Assembly (NCBI GenBank): GCA_041671125.1
Contig: JBAZCA010000001.1
Location: 72,120 to 136,119 of the forward strand
Reading direction: 5' to 3'
DNA: 64,000 nt
DNA from: Patescibacteria group bacterium
Lineage (GTDB): Bacteria > Patescibacteriota > Patescibacteriia > Patescibacteriales > JBAZCA01
Below the pieces are notes generated by a model, which was not told the origin of the DNA, made no database searches, and worked only from the letters and a program-made list of their open reading frames with translations. Made by a program: the position numbers and the translations under genes. This document shows positions 35,031 through 43,713 of this stretch, one piece after another; the stretch's first letter is position 1, and the number at the start of each line of letters is the position of its first letter.

Positions 35031-35575
35031 ATGAATAAATCATACTATCTTATTGGTGCGATTTTGGTTCTCATTATTGCCAGTCGCTCGCTAACTCGGC
35101 CGGAGCCGGCGACCGAACTTGGCGCGCCTATTTAAGCGCCAATGCCGCTGACGGCCAGTCGGCGGTTAACGCCCGCGACCGGATTGGTGAAGGCCCCTGG
35201 TATAATTTTAACGGCGAACTTATCGCCGCCAATATTGAAGAATTGCATAGCGATAACAACATCACCAAACAAACCGCTTTGACCGAAAAAGGCGGAATGA
35301 TAAGCGGCCGGGGCGACGAGGTTAATTTGCATGACATCCTCACCGGCTCCACTCCCGAAGGAACAGCCATCGCGACATCAACCGATGCCACCTGCAAAAA
35401 TGGACCGAAGACGGCGAAGGCTCGGCCATGCTCGGCCATCACGACCGCCAGGGCCTCCGCGACGACGCGCCGTCCAAAATCCTGGAACTCTTCGCACTTT
35501 TCCCGCGGCTGTAGCCTGGAAGCCCTGAAAAGCACCGGCGGCGGCGGACTATTCTACTGCTTCGCGGCGGATTAA
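35031..35575 (+). pseudogene. Frameshifted secreted-protein gene (C-terminus ...GGGGLFYCFAAD)
   Basis: Signal anchor MNKSYYLIGAILVLIIASRS is in one frame and stops at 35127-29. The body is in a second frame. The segment 35397-35480 reads better in the third frame (NWTEDGEGSAMLGHHDRQGLRDDAPSK). The switches fall at A-runs. Confidence 0.55.
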
Positions 35576-35589
35576 AAATTTAAGTACAT

Positions 35590-35627
35590 AAAAACATCCC
35601 GCGTTTATGGCGGGGTGTTTTGATTTT
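35590..35627. terminator. Bidirectional hairpin terminator; left copy of the island-flanking repeat
   Basis: acatcccgcg-tttat-ggcggggtgt flanked by A- and T-runs. About 75% similar to the terminator next to tRNA-Thr (38282-38316). Confidence 0.6.
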
Positions 35628-35941
35628 GAGCCACCGCAACGGGTGCATTTTCCTTTTAATACTATATCGTTTAAGTCGTTTAGAAAAATGTCGTAATCAA
35701 AAATGTGGCATCGTAACCGCCTCCGGTGCAGGGGCAATGGCAATTACTAAGAATTTTTTCCGTAAAAAAACTCCAGTCATTGTTGTAGATATATTTTAAC
35801 TGTTCATCGGTTATTTTTGTTTCTTTTCTCGCATTTGACCTCATATTATTATTTCCCATTGAGCCTCTAATCATATATCAATTGACTATATATTAAAATT
35901 ATCTAAAATTAGCTATTTTTATTAAAGGCCTCTAAAAGCCT

Positions 35942-36763
35942 CTAAAAAGATAACTTGTAGAATATATTTATAGAAGTTCCAAAGGGCTCAATTATTTTAA
36001 GAAATCTCATATCCTTTAGATCTTTATTAATTGTTGCTCTTGGAACCCCTTTTAGAACTTTCATGCAGGCTCTAATGTTAATGGAGCCCTTTATCAAAAG
36101 GCTATTTATTATTTTGATCTGTCGTTCATTTAAGGAACTAAACTTATGCCCCAATAATGTCACTTCAAAACTATTAATGGTATTTCTGAAAAGCGGGGGT
36201 TGCAGATTCCATTGATGCATTTTATCAAAAACAATATCAATTCCTCTTCCATATTCCTCTAAATAATCCAGATCCTTCAAGCGAGCGGCAATTATCGGAT
36301 TTCTGCTGAATTGAGCTTCTTTGATATTATCAATGGTCACTCCGGGAGGTAAGCACCCAGGATTCTTTATTTCTATCCTATTTTCAAAAATGTTAATCTG
36401 CGGATAAGTTTCGATGATTTTGTAATCTCTATGGATAATCGCATTGGCTATCAATTCTCTTATCGCCTCTTCTGGGTACTCATATTTTTCAACCCTTTTT
36501 GTTCCTTCAATAAAAGCCATTTTACGAATATTCTTTAAAATAAATTTATAGCTTTCATCAATTTGGTTATCGAGTGTTCCTTTAATATCAAGTTTATCTA
36601 TGATATCGCTTGAGGTATTGTTGCCCGAATATTTTACACACCTAATTGTATATCTTTCAAAAGGGTAGCGACTTAGGGGGTCTTTTTTTGAAAAGAGAAG
36701 ATAACCTGCAACCGTAGGCCTAAATTCGTGATCAAATTTTGAGATTATTCCTAAATTATTCAA
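35942..36763 (-). CDS. HATPase_c_4-like / wHTH C-terminal part of a split AlbA_2-family (Schlafen-like) protein
   Basis: HRDYKIIETYPQINIFENRIEIKNPGCLPPG...RNPIIAARLKDLDYLEEYGRGID. Only a TTG start. Begins mid-domain (PTVAGYLLF). Confidence 0.6.
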   Translation of the reverse strand: MNNLGIISKFDHEFRPTVAGYLLFSKKDPLSRYPFERYTIRCVKYSGNNTSSDIIDKLDIKGTLDNQIDESYKFILKNIRKMAFIEGTKRVEKYEYPEEAIRELIANAIIHRDYKIIETYPQINIFENRIEIKNPGCLPPGVTIDNIKEAQFSRNPIIAARLKDLDYLEEYGRGIDIVFDKMHQWNLQPPLFRNTINSFEVTLLGHKFSSLNERQIKIINSLLIKGSINIRACMKVLKGVPRATINKDLKDMRFLKIIEPFGTSINIFYKLSF

Positions 36764-37356
36764 AAGTTTCTTTTCAATGTCTTTCGAGTTAGCTCCCCTT
36801 TTTTCTGACTTTCACTCTTTTCCAACAACAATCTTATTCTTTTAACAGATAAGTCATTAATTGAAGTATTGCTTGCTTCAGATAAATCAAAAAGGAATTC
36901 CTTGGATGAAGCAACGTATGTCCTAAATTCATTGTCAGTAATTTTACGACTTGAATTTCCTTCCCTTATATATGCCCCATTAGGCAATCCAACCGGTTTA
37001 AAAAAACAAGGCATATAATCTTTCGGGCATTCAGGCACATAAACTGCCAAAATGGTTACTTTTGAAGAATATGGTATGACAAATACATCTGGACGAAGCA
37101 CAAAACTCATTTTTTTATTAAAATACTCACCCAATTTGGTTTGCATCCCATCAATGTTTTCACAACCCACTACTTCAAAATTTTGAGTTACCCCAAACAC
37201 CACAATCCCTCCTCCTCTTCGATTTGCAAAGGCCGAAATTGTTCGCCAAATATCATTCGGAATATTGGTGCGTGATGTCTTAAATTCTAAATCAGGCAAT
37301 TCGCTACAAAGACCTATTCCTAATTTAATTTTTTTCACTATATCTTTTTCTGTCAT
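36760..37356 (-). CDS. AlbA_2 (Schlafen-type DNA/RNA-binding) N-terminal part of the split gene
   Basis: ELPDLEFKTS...IWRTISAFANRRGGGIVVFGV. The stop overlaps the next ORF by 4 nt, which is consistent with a frameshift. Confidence 0.6.
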   Translation of the reverse strand: MTEKDIVKKIKLGIGLCSELPDLEFKTSRTNIPNDIWRTISAFANRRGGGIVVFGVTQNFEVVGCENIDGMQTKLGEYFNKKMSFVLRPDVFVIPYSSKVTILAVYVPECPKDYMPCFFKPVGLPNGAYIREGNSSRKITDNEFRTYVASSKEFLFDLSEASNTSINDLSVKRIRLLLEKSESQKKGELTRKTLKRNF

Positions 37357-37545
37357 AAGAGTTATTTAAAGCTACTAATAATACTCATGTTTTCGTTTGC
37401 AAACAAAAATTGACATCAAACCGGCCTTTCTTGTCAATTTTTATTTACATGATTTTTTTAATATACTTTTTATGCTAAAATTAGAACATTTTATTTAATT
37501 TTTCTTGTCATTGCTTACCATTTTCCCGGCGTCAGGAAAATGGTC

Positions 37546-37830
37546 TTTATAACTTTACCCCAATTTTCCCCAATTGCTTCTTTATCTCCTCATTCATCTT
37601 CCCCTCCTCCTCCATCTGCGCCTTTAACTCTTTAGTTAAAACCGCCATTTTTTTTCAAAAGGTATGCCGTCGTCTTCTTCGTCCGGAATACCGACGTATC
37701 GGCCGGGAGTCATAATAAAATTATGCTTTTCAATTTCTTCCATCTTAGCCGACTTGCAAAGACCTTTTTTAACCTGAGTTCCGCTTATATTACTAATTTT
37801 GCTCCATATCGGCCATGAAGTCAACGGCAA
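37546..37830 (-). pseudogene. hsdM: 3' remnant of a type I R-M methyltransferase gene (hsdM), frameshifted
   Basis: CKSAKMEEIEKHNFIMTPGRYVGIPDEEDDGIPFEKK. After a -1 shift in an A8 run it continues MAVLTKELKAQMEEEGKMNEEIKKQLGKIG, a typical HsdM C-terminus. There is no N-terminal catalytic part. Confidence 0.6.
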
Positions 37831-38281
37831 ACCCTCTCTCCCTTGCCCTTTCCTCCCGTTATGCTAAAATTGAATCAATAAGTTAATAACACAATTTAAT
37901 AACCGCACGCAAATGCTTTACAAAGCCCTCATCAGGCCTTGCATTTGCGTGCGGAACTGCTCTTCGGAGCTGTTAAAACTGGTGAGGGCCTTTTAGTTGG
38001 GCAATCGCGAATTATGTTTCGGGAATTTTCTCTCCGAACTTATTCGCTGGAAGATCCCGGCCAGGCGATTCACCGGAGAAAATTTATGAAGTTAAGTATG
38101 ATGGCCTGCCAAATCATCTCCGACAGCCTGGCGCTCTATTTTTTAGAGGCAGGAAAACTGAATCTTGCGAATAAAAAGACCGAAATTTTAAGGACTGTTT
38201 CCGAATTTAACGATTACATCCACTCTATCCGGGAGGAAAATAAAAAAGAGGCTTGAACTGGCCATGAAGTCAACCAGAACA

Positions 38282-38316
38282 CAAAAAAACATCCCGACCT
38301 TTTAAAGGCGAGATGT
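38282..38316 (-). terminator. Intrinsic terminator downstream of tRNA-Thr
   Basis: On the minus strand: acatctcgcc-tttaaaa-ggtcgggatgt followed by a U7 run. Confidence 0.65.
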
Positions 38317-38327
38317 CTTAATTTTTG

Positions 38328-38400
38328 AGCCGTTGCGCGGAATCGAACCGCGGACCTACTCCTTACCATGGAGTTGCTCTACCGGCTGAGCTACAACGGC
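38328..38400 (-). tRNA. tRNA-Thr (anticodon GGU)
   Basis: GCCGTTG...CAACGGC acceptor stem. D-arm GCTCAGCCGGTAGAGC. Anticodon arm ACTCC-ATGGTAA-GGAGT. T-arm CGCGGTTCGATTCCGCG. Confidence 0.9.
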
Positions 38401-38477
38401 CTATTCAATTAAAAATTACGAATTATCAATTACAAATTAATTCGGAAAAATTTTAATTCGTAATTTTTAATTCGTAA

Positions 38478-39329
38478 TTACAACTCCCCGATCCTTTCTT
38501 TAAATTCCTTTAACTTCTGGTTTTCGGGGTTGGCTTTTTCCAGCCGCTTTAAGGCGTCCAGAGCGGCGATTTTATCTTTACCTATTATACTTATTTCAAT
38601 CATGGTGTCAAGGTATTTCGGATTTAACGGCTCAATTTTCAGGGCTTCTTTCATGTTCTTCGCGGCCTCATCGTAATTCTCTTTTTCGCTGAAAACCCGG
38701 GACAATTCAAAATAAACCTGGCCGCGCTCAAGGCTCAAATTTTTTAACTGTTCTTCGGAATTTTCATCCCGGCTATTTACGATGCCGGCCTCCTCGTCCT
38801 CAATGAGCTTTAAGATATGGGCGTAAGATTGCCGCGCTTCTTCATACTGTTTTTTCAGGCTGTAAAGGCCGCCGAGCTTTTTAAAAGCTTTTAAATTCCG
38901 GCTTTGGAGGGAGATAATTTCAATCAGCTTCTTTTCCGCCTCTTCGTATGATTCGGATTTTATGGCCGCGTCGGCTTCGTTTAAAAGTTCCAAAACCGGA
39001 CGGGCGGTTTTTTCTTCGTTACCGCTTTTTGTTAAATCCCGGTCCGCCCGGTATTTTTCTTTCAGGCGCAAAAGCCGGGCGAGAAGAAATGAAAAAAGTT
39101 CTCCGAGTTTCCCTCCGATGAAAGAAAATGACTTAAAAGTTTTCGCGTTCCAATAAGTAAGGTTTCTTTTTAGGCGGTTGCCGATTATCCGCTCCTTAAA
39201 GCGGCTTTCCTTTTCCGCCGGAATGCTTTCAATATCAAGGTTCGCGAGTGCCGAAAATTTCCGAACCACGATTCCGGTCATGACCGCGAGCGAAAGCAGG
39301 ATTAAAATTAAGGGGATTATGTTATACAT
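38478..39329 (-). CDS. TPR-repeat protein with N-terminal membrane anchor
   Basis: TM segment IIPLILILLSLAVMTGIVV. TPR-like repeats (YEEAEKKLIEIISL, YEEARQSYAHILKL, YDEAAKNMKEALKIEPLNPKYL). Confidence 0.7.
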   Translation of the reverse strand: MYNIIPLILILLSLAVMTGIVVRKFSALANLDIESIPAEKESRFKERIIGNRLKRNLTYWNAKTFKSFSFIGGKLGELFSFLLARLLRLKEKYRADRDLTKSGNEEKTARPVLELLNEADAAIKSESYEEAEKKLIEIISLQSRNLKAFKKLGGLYSLKKQYEEARQSYAHILKLIEDEEAGIVNSRDENSEEQLKNLSLERGQVYFELSRVFSEKENYDEAAKNMKEALKIEPLNPKYLDTMIEISIIGKDKIAALDALKRLEKANPENQKLKEFKERIGEL

Positions 39330-39330
39330 G

Positions 39331-39467
39331 ATTCAATTACCAATTATCAATTTACAATGATCAATGAATTTTTAATTACCAATTTTTCAATTTTCAAACG
39401 TTTGAAAATTTTATCATTTGGTCATTGAAAATTCATTAAAAATTGATCATTGATAATTGAAAATTAC
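39331..39467. repeat. AT-rich inverted repeat, family copy 3
   Basis: caattatcaatttacaatgatcaatgaa (39341-39368) is identical to the cores at 1527-1554 and 14182-14209. 3' arm ttgaaaattcattaaaaattgatcattgataattg. Confidence 0.85.
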
Positions 39468-39541
39468 TCTTTGACTCCCGACGTTTTTTATACTACCATA
39501 ATATCATACTCTTTTAATAACTCAAAGGTCAAATACAACCT

Positions 39542-41023
39542 ATGACTATCGGGCAAATTATCGCCAAAGTAAAAGAAAATAACGAAAAAGCTGATACTGA
39601 CGTACTGGAGCTTGCCTTTGAGTTTGCCGATAAAGCCCATCTTAACCAGAAAAGAAAAAACGGCGAACGCTATATTGAGCACTCACTCCACACCGCTTTC
39701 ATCCTCGCGCAGATGCGGGCCGATTTAAATACGATCGCCGCCGGGCTCTTGCATGACGTCCCCGAAGACACCGAATACACTTTGGCCGACGTGGAAAAAA
39801 ATTTCGGCAAAGATATAGCCATGCTGGTTGAAGGCATAACTAAGCTGTCAAAAATAAAATACCGCGGAGTGGAACGCTACCTTGAAAGTTTAAGGAAAAT
39901 GTTTATCGCCATGGCGAACGACCTCAGGGTAATTTTAATAAAATTCGCCGACCGCCTGCATAACCTCCGGACGCTTGAAGCCCTGCCGAAAGAAAAACAG
40001 GAACGCATCGCCCGGGAAACCATGGAAATTTACGCCCCGATCGCCGGACTCTTAGGAATCTGGCGCTTAAAATGGCAGATGGAAGACATCTGCTTTAAAT
40101 TTATTTATCCGGAAGAATACAAGAAGCTGGAATATATTTATGAAGTGGAAAAGAAAGTTGAAAGAAACCAGTACATCCAGAAAATAAAAAATCTTCTCGG
40201 CAAAGAGCTCGTCGCCGTCGGCATAGAGCCGCTCGTAGAAGGCCGGTTTAAACACCTTTTCAGCATTTACAAAAAAATGCAGATTAAAGACCGGAAGTTC
40301 AATGAAATTACCGATGTATTCGCCCTGCGGGTAATCGTAAGCAACGTTGAAGAATGTTATAAGACCCTCGGGGTAATCCATTCGCTCTGGAAGCCGAAAA
40401 AAGACCGCTTTAAAGACTATATTGCCCTGCCAAAGCCGAACGGCTACCAAAGCCTCCATACGACGGTTTTCGGGCCGGGCGGAAAACTAACCGAGTTCCA
40501 GATCCGAACCCATAAAATGAATGAAGAAGCGCTCTACGGAATTTCGGCTCATTGGTATTATAAGCAAAAAGAAGGCGGCGGCGATCCGGAACAGCAAAAC
40601 CAGCCGGCCTGGGTCAAGGAAATCCTTGAAATCCAGCGGAACGCCGTAACCAGCCATGAGTTCGTTAAAGACGTTAAGTTCAACATCTTTAAAAACCGGA
40701 TTTTCGTCTTTACCCCCAAAGGCGACGTTTACGACCTGCCCGAAGGCGCCACGCCGGTGGACTTTGCTTACGAAGTCCATACCGACATCGGTAATAAATG
40801 CACCGGCGCGCTGGTCAACGACCGGATGGCGCCCCTGGACACGGAATTAAAAAACGGCGATCTGGTGGAAATTATCATTGACAAAAACCGGAAATCGCCC
40901 AATGCCGACTGGATTAAATTCGTAAAGACGTCAAAAGCCCGCGGCCGGATAAAGCAATTCATAAAGACCGGCAGATTCCAGCAGTTAAAGCACCTGAAAA
41001 AATATATTCCTGGAATGAAATAA
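39542..41023 (+). CDS. rel: RelA/SpoT-family bifunctional (p)ppGpp synthetase/hydrolase (short form: HD + synthetase + TGS)
   Basis: HD motif HSLHTAFILAQM...LLHDVPEDT. Synthetase region YIALPKPNGYQSLHTTV. TGS segment FTPKGDVYDLPEGATPVDFAY. Confidence 0.9.
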   Translation: MTIGQIIAKVKENNEKADTDVLELAFEFADKAHLNQKRKNGERYIEHSLHTAFILAQMRADLNTIAAGLLHDVPEDTEYTLADVEKNFGKDIAMLVEGITKLSKIKYRGVERYLESLRKMFIAMANDLRVILIKFADRLHNLRTLEALPKEKQERIARETMEIYAPIAGLLGIWRLKWQMEDICFKFIYPEEYKKLEYIYEVEKKVERNQYIQKIKNLLGKELVAVGIEPLVEGRFKHLFSIYKKMQIKDRKFNEITDVFALRVIVSNVEECYKTLGVIHSLWKPKKDRFKDYIALPKPNGYQSLHTTVFGPGGKLTEFQIRTHKMNEEALYGISAHWYYKQKEGGGDPEQQNQPAWVKEILEIQRNAVTSHEFVKDVKFNIFKNRIFVFTPKGDVYDLPEGATPVDFAYEVHTDIGNKCTGALVNDRMAPLDTELKNGDLVEIIIDKNRKSPNADWIKFVKTSKARGRIKQFIKTGRFQQLKHLKKYIPGMK

Positions 41024-41042
41024 CCAGAATCACAGAATAATT

Positions 41043-41075
41043 AAAAACAGCCCCGAATATTGGGACTGTTTTTTT
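41043..41075. terminator. Bidirectional intrinsic terminator (rel / rpsU)
   Basis: aaaaacagcccc-gaatatt-gggactgttttttt. Confidence 0.75.
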
Positions 41076-41088
41076 GCGCGCTTTCTTT

Positions 41089-41322
41089 TTACCGGTGATA
41101 AGTTTCTTCTTTTATTTTTCCGGTCTTCCTTAAATATTCCTGTTTGGCTTTGTATTTGAGCCGGATAAGGGCGGACTTCTTTTTCAGGTTGCGGCTTTTT
41201 TTTCCGGTATGGCGCTGATTGGACCGGGCTTCAATAAGCTTGCCGCTCTGAATCAGCCTCCGGTTAAATCTTCGGAGGAAGCTTTCAAAACTCTCGCCTT
41301 TTTTCCTTTTAAATTCTACCAT
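41089..41322 (-). CDS. rpsU: 30S ribosomal protein S21
   Basis: 77 aa, basic. ESFESFLRRFNRRLIQSGKLIEARSNQRH resembles the S21 core. One of the few core genes with an SD (GGAGGTGA). Confidence 0.8.
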   Translation of the reverse strand: MVEFKRKKGESFESFLRRFNRRLIQSGKLIEARSNQRHTGKKSRNLKKKSALIRLKYKAKQEYLRKTGKIKEETYHR

Positions 41323-41430
41323 AGGTCACCTCCATTTCTAAGAGTAATCCCGAATATGCAAATATAAAATTAATATACGAATAACTACTTTTAAAAATTC
41401 GTATATTTGGGATTACTCCTTAAATTATAC

Positions 41431-42873
41431 TTATTTTTTTTCCGCGATCCTTTTTTCCAGATTGGATTTTATTTTATTAAAGTCAATTACTTCTTGGATT
41501 CCCGACTCCATGTCGCGAACGAGAATCGTCCCGTCCATCACTTCTTTCTGCCCTAAAATCAGGCTGAACTTTGATTCCAGCCGGTTAGCTTCTTCAAGCT
41601 GAACTTTTAAGCTGTCCTTAGTAAAGGCCTGCCGAACGGAAAAACCGGCCCGCCGGAGATCCTCAAAAAGAACCATGGCTTTGCGCTTTGAAGCGTCGCC
41701 GAGCTGGGCGACGAAAACGACCGGCCTCCCGTCTTTTTTAAACGGGATATTTTTTTCTTTGATTTTAGCAATAGTCCTTTCAATCCCTAATCCGAACCCG
41801 AGCCCCGGAGTCGGCCGGCCGCCCATGTATTCAACCAATCCGTCATACCTGCCGCCGCCGCCCAAAGAAGCCTGGCGCGGAAGACCGGTTGATCTTTCAC
41901 CGGCTTCCCGCTCGCCTTCCCCGGAAAAAGCAACTGCTCCCGCTTCATCAGAAGCGGGTTTGGCCTCCGCGACCGAAGGGCTGGAAGGCCAGACTTCAAA
42001 AACCGTCCGGTTGTAATAATCCAGTCCCCGGACAAGATAAGGGTTAAGGTTATAGGAAACATTCAGCTCATCAAGGTATTCCAAAACTTTAATGAAATGA
42101 TTCTTGCAGGGTTCGCACAAAAAGTCAACTATCTGAGGGGCGTCCTCCCGGGCCGCGACGCAGGCCGGCTCTTTGCAGTCTAAAAGCCTTAAAGGATTTT
42201 TCTTAAGCCTTTTCTTACAGTCCAGGCAAAGCTTTGACCGCTTTCCCCGCTCGTTGTAAAAATCAATCAGTTTTTTTTCGTATTCGCTCCGGCACTCTTT
42301 ACAGCCGATGCTGTTTATCTGAACCTGGACGTCAAGCTGGAGCTCTTTAAAAAAATTGTAAGCGACCAAAATAATTTGGGCGTCAGCCGAGGGCTTTTCT
42401 TCGCCGAACATTTCCAGGCCGAACTGGTGGTGCTGGCGCTGGCGTCCAGACTGGGGCTTTTCGTGACGAAAGCAGGATCCAACCATAAACATTTTTACCG
42501 GCTGGGGAAGGTTAAACATGCCATGTTCAATATAAACCCGAACTAAAGAAGGCGTGAGCTCCGGCCGCAGAGCCACCCGATCGCCGTTTTTATCGGGAAA
42601 AACATACATCTCTTTGGAAACGATATCAGTGGTTTTTCCGGTGGCCCGCTCGTAGAGCTCGGCCTTTTCCAAAACCGGAGTAAGGACGCGCCGGAAACCG
42701 TAAACCTCCGCGAGATCCCGGGCTTTGCCCTCCACCAAATCGTAATAGCGGTATTCGTCAAAAAGCACATCCCGCATCCCCCTTAAACGGCTGTAAGTCC
42801 GCTCCCGTTTTTCTTTCGGAAATTTTTCTTTCTCTTTTAGTTTATTTTCTCTTCTCATTTTGGCGCGAGGCAT
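41431..42873 (-). CDS. hisS: Histidine--tRNA ligase (with N-terminal Lys-rich extension and internal insert)
   Basis: RGMRDVLFDE, RPELTPSLVR, FRHEKPQSGRQRQHHQFG, GGGGRYDGLV, plus an anticodon-binding domain. Confidence 0.92.
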   Translation of the reverse strand: MPRAKMRRENKLKEKEKFPKEKRERTYSRLRGMRDVLFDEYRYYDLVEGKARDLAEVYGFRRVLTPVLEKAELYERATGKTTDIVSKEMYVFPDKNGDRVALRPELTPSLVRVYIEHGMFNLPQPVKMFMVGSCFRHEKPQSGRQRQHHQFGLEMFGEEKPSADAQIILVAYNFFKELQLDVQVQINSIGCKECRSEYEKKLIDFYNERGKRSKLCLDCKKRLKKNPLRLLDCKEPACVAAREDAPQIVDFLCEPCKNHFIKVLEYLDELNVSYNLNPYLVRGLDYYNRTVFEVWPSSPSVAEAKPASDEAGAVAFSGEGEREAGERSTGLPRQASLGGGGRYDGLVEYMGGRPTPGLGFGLGIERTIAKIKEKNIPFKKDGRPVVFVAQLGDASKRKAMVLFEDLRRAGFSVRQAFTKDSLKVQLEEANRLESKFSLILGQKEVMDGTILVRDMESGIQEVIDFNKIKSNLEKRIAEKK

Positions 42874-42974
42874 AAAAATAATTCAAAATTAAAAGTTAAA
42901 AATTATGGAGTCCGCCCGAGGCGGACGGAATAATTTACCTAAATTTTGCATTTTTAATTTTTAATTTTGAATTT

Positions 42975-43544
42975 TTATAGGTTATACGCTTCTCCCTTAT
43001 TAAATAATTTTATCTTGTCAAAAGGAAATCCCCGCAGTAGCACCCGACCGACTAAAAAACTTTCATTCACCGGTCCAAAGCTTCTTCCGTCTTTGGACGA
43101 ACCGCGGTTGTCGCCGAGGACGAAATATTCATTGCTTTTCAGTTCCGTGGTTTCGTCGTCCGAATAACCGTAAGTTTTTAGTCCGTCCGGGAGGTAAGGC
43201 TCTTCCAGCTTAACGCCCTGGGGATTTTTTTCGTTAATTATGTAAACACTCCCGTCCGCGATCCGCACAGTCTCACCCGGCAGTCCGATCACCCGTTTTA
43301 TAAAAAATTCCTGGGGATCCTTTGGATAACGGAAAACAATTATATCGCCGCGCTTTGGGACGCCGAGATGGTAAGACAGCTCGTCAATGATAAGGTATTC
43401 GTGGTCATGGAAATTCGGCTCCATGGAAGCGCCTTTGACGTAAAACGGCTGGATTAAAAACTGCCTCACTGGAATGATGATGACGAGAGAGATGACAACG
43501 ATTTTTACCAGCTCCAAAAGGAACGTGAAAAAGTTTTTTATCAT
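42975..43544 (-). CDS. lepB: Signal peptidase I
   Basis: N-terminal TM. Catalytic Ser box KGASMEPNF. Lys box YFVLGDNRGSSKDGRSFG. Confidence 0.92.
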   Translation of the reverse strand: MIKNFFTFLLELVKIVVISLVIIIPVRQFLIQPFYVKGASMEPNFHDHEYLIIDELSYHLGVPKRGDIIVFRYPKDPQEFFIKRVIGLPGETVRIADGSVYIINEKNPQGVKLEEPYLPDGLKTYGYSDDETTELKSNEYFVLGDNRGSSKDGRSFGPVNESFLVGRVLLRGFPFDKIKLFNKGEAYNL

Positions 43545-43713
43545 ATTGGATAAAGCTGTTCGCGCTAAAAAATTATAATGGCGTTTAACCCGTTTAATAT
43601 AACATTAATTTTTTCTCCTGGCAATAGCGGTAATTCCCGCTCCGACGGAAACTTGTTAAATTATGAAAAATAAATTATAATAAAAAGCAGTTAAAAATAA
43701 AGTTTTTATAAAT

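Noticed and set aside
35128-35535. 135-aa and 66-aa minus-strand ORFs, and a 65-aa plus-strand ORF
   Set aside because: These are shadow or alternative-frame ORFs of the GC-rich frameshifted pseudogene at 35031-35575. None has a start context or recognisable sequence.
35549-35874. Two small overlapping minus-strand ORFs with CHCPC and CTRCGG motifs (possible frameshifted zinc-ribbon protein)
   Set aside because: A joined reading would need a -1 shift in a T-run, and the second frame runs through the terminator hairpin. They are too short and unsupported to call. They are mentioned only as island content.
37939-38256. 105-aa plus-strand ORF in the tRNA-Thr island
   Set aside because: The track start (TTG) lies inside a 14-bp-stem hairpin. 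There is no RBS and no recognisable domain. It sits in an insert bounded by direct repeats. Coding status is doubtful.
42874-42974. Possible T-box or other riboswitch upstream of hisS (and of pheS)
   Set aside because: The spacer is only ~100 nt. It consists of an AT-rich word hairpin around a small GC stem. No specifier-loop or T-box sequence is visible. pheS is translationally coupled to the upstream membrane-protein gene.
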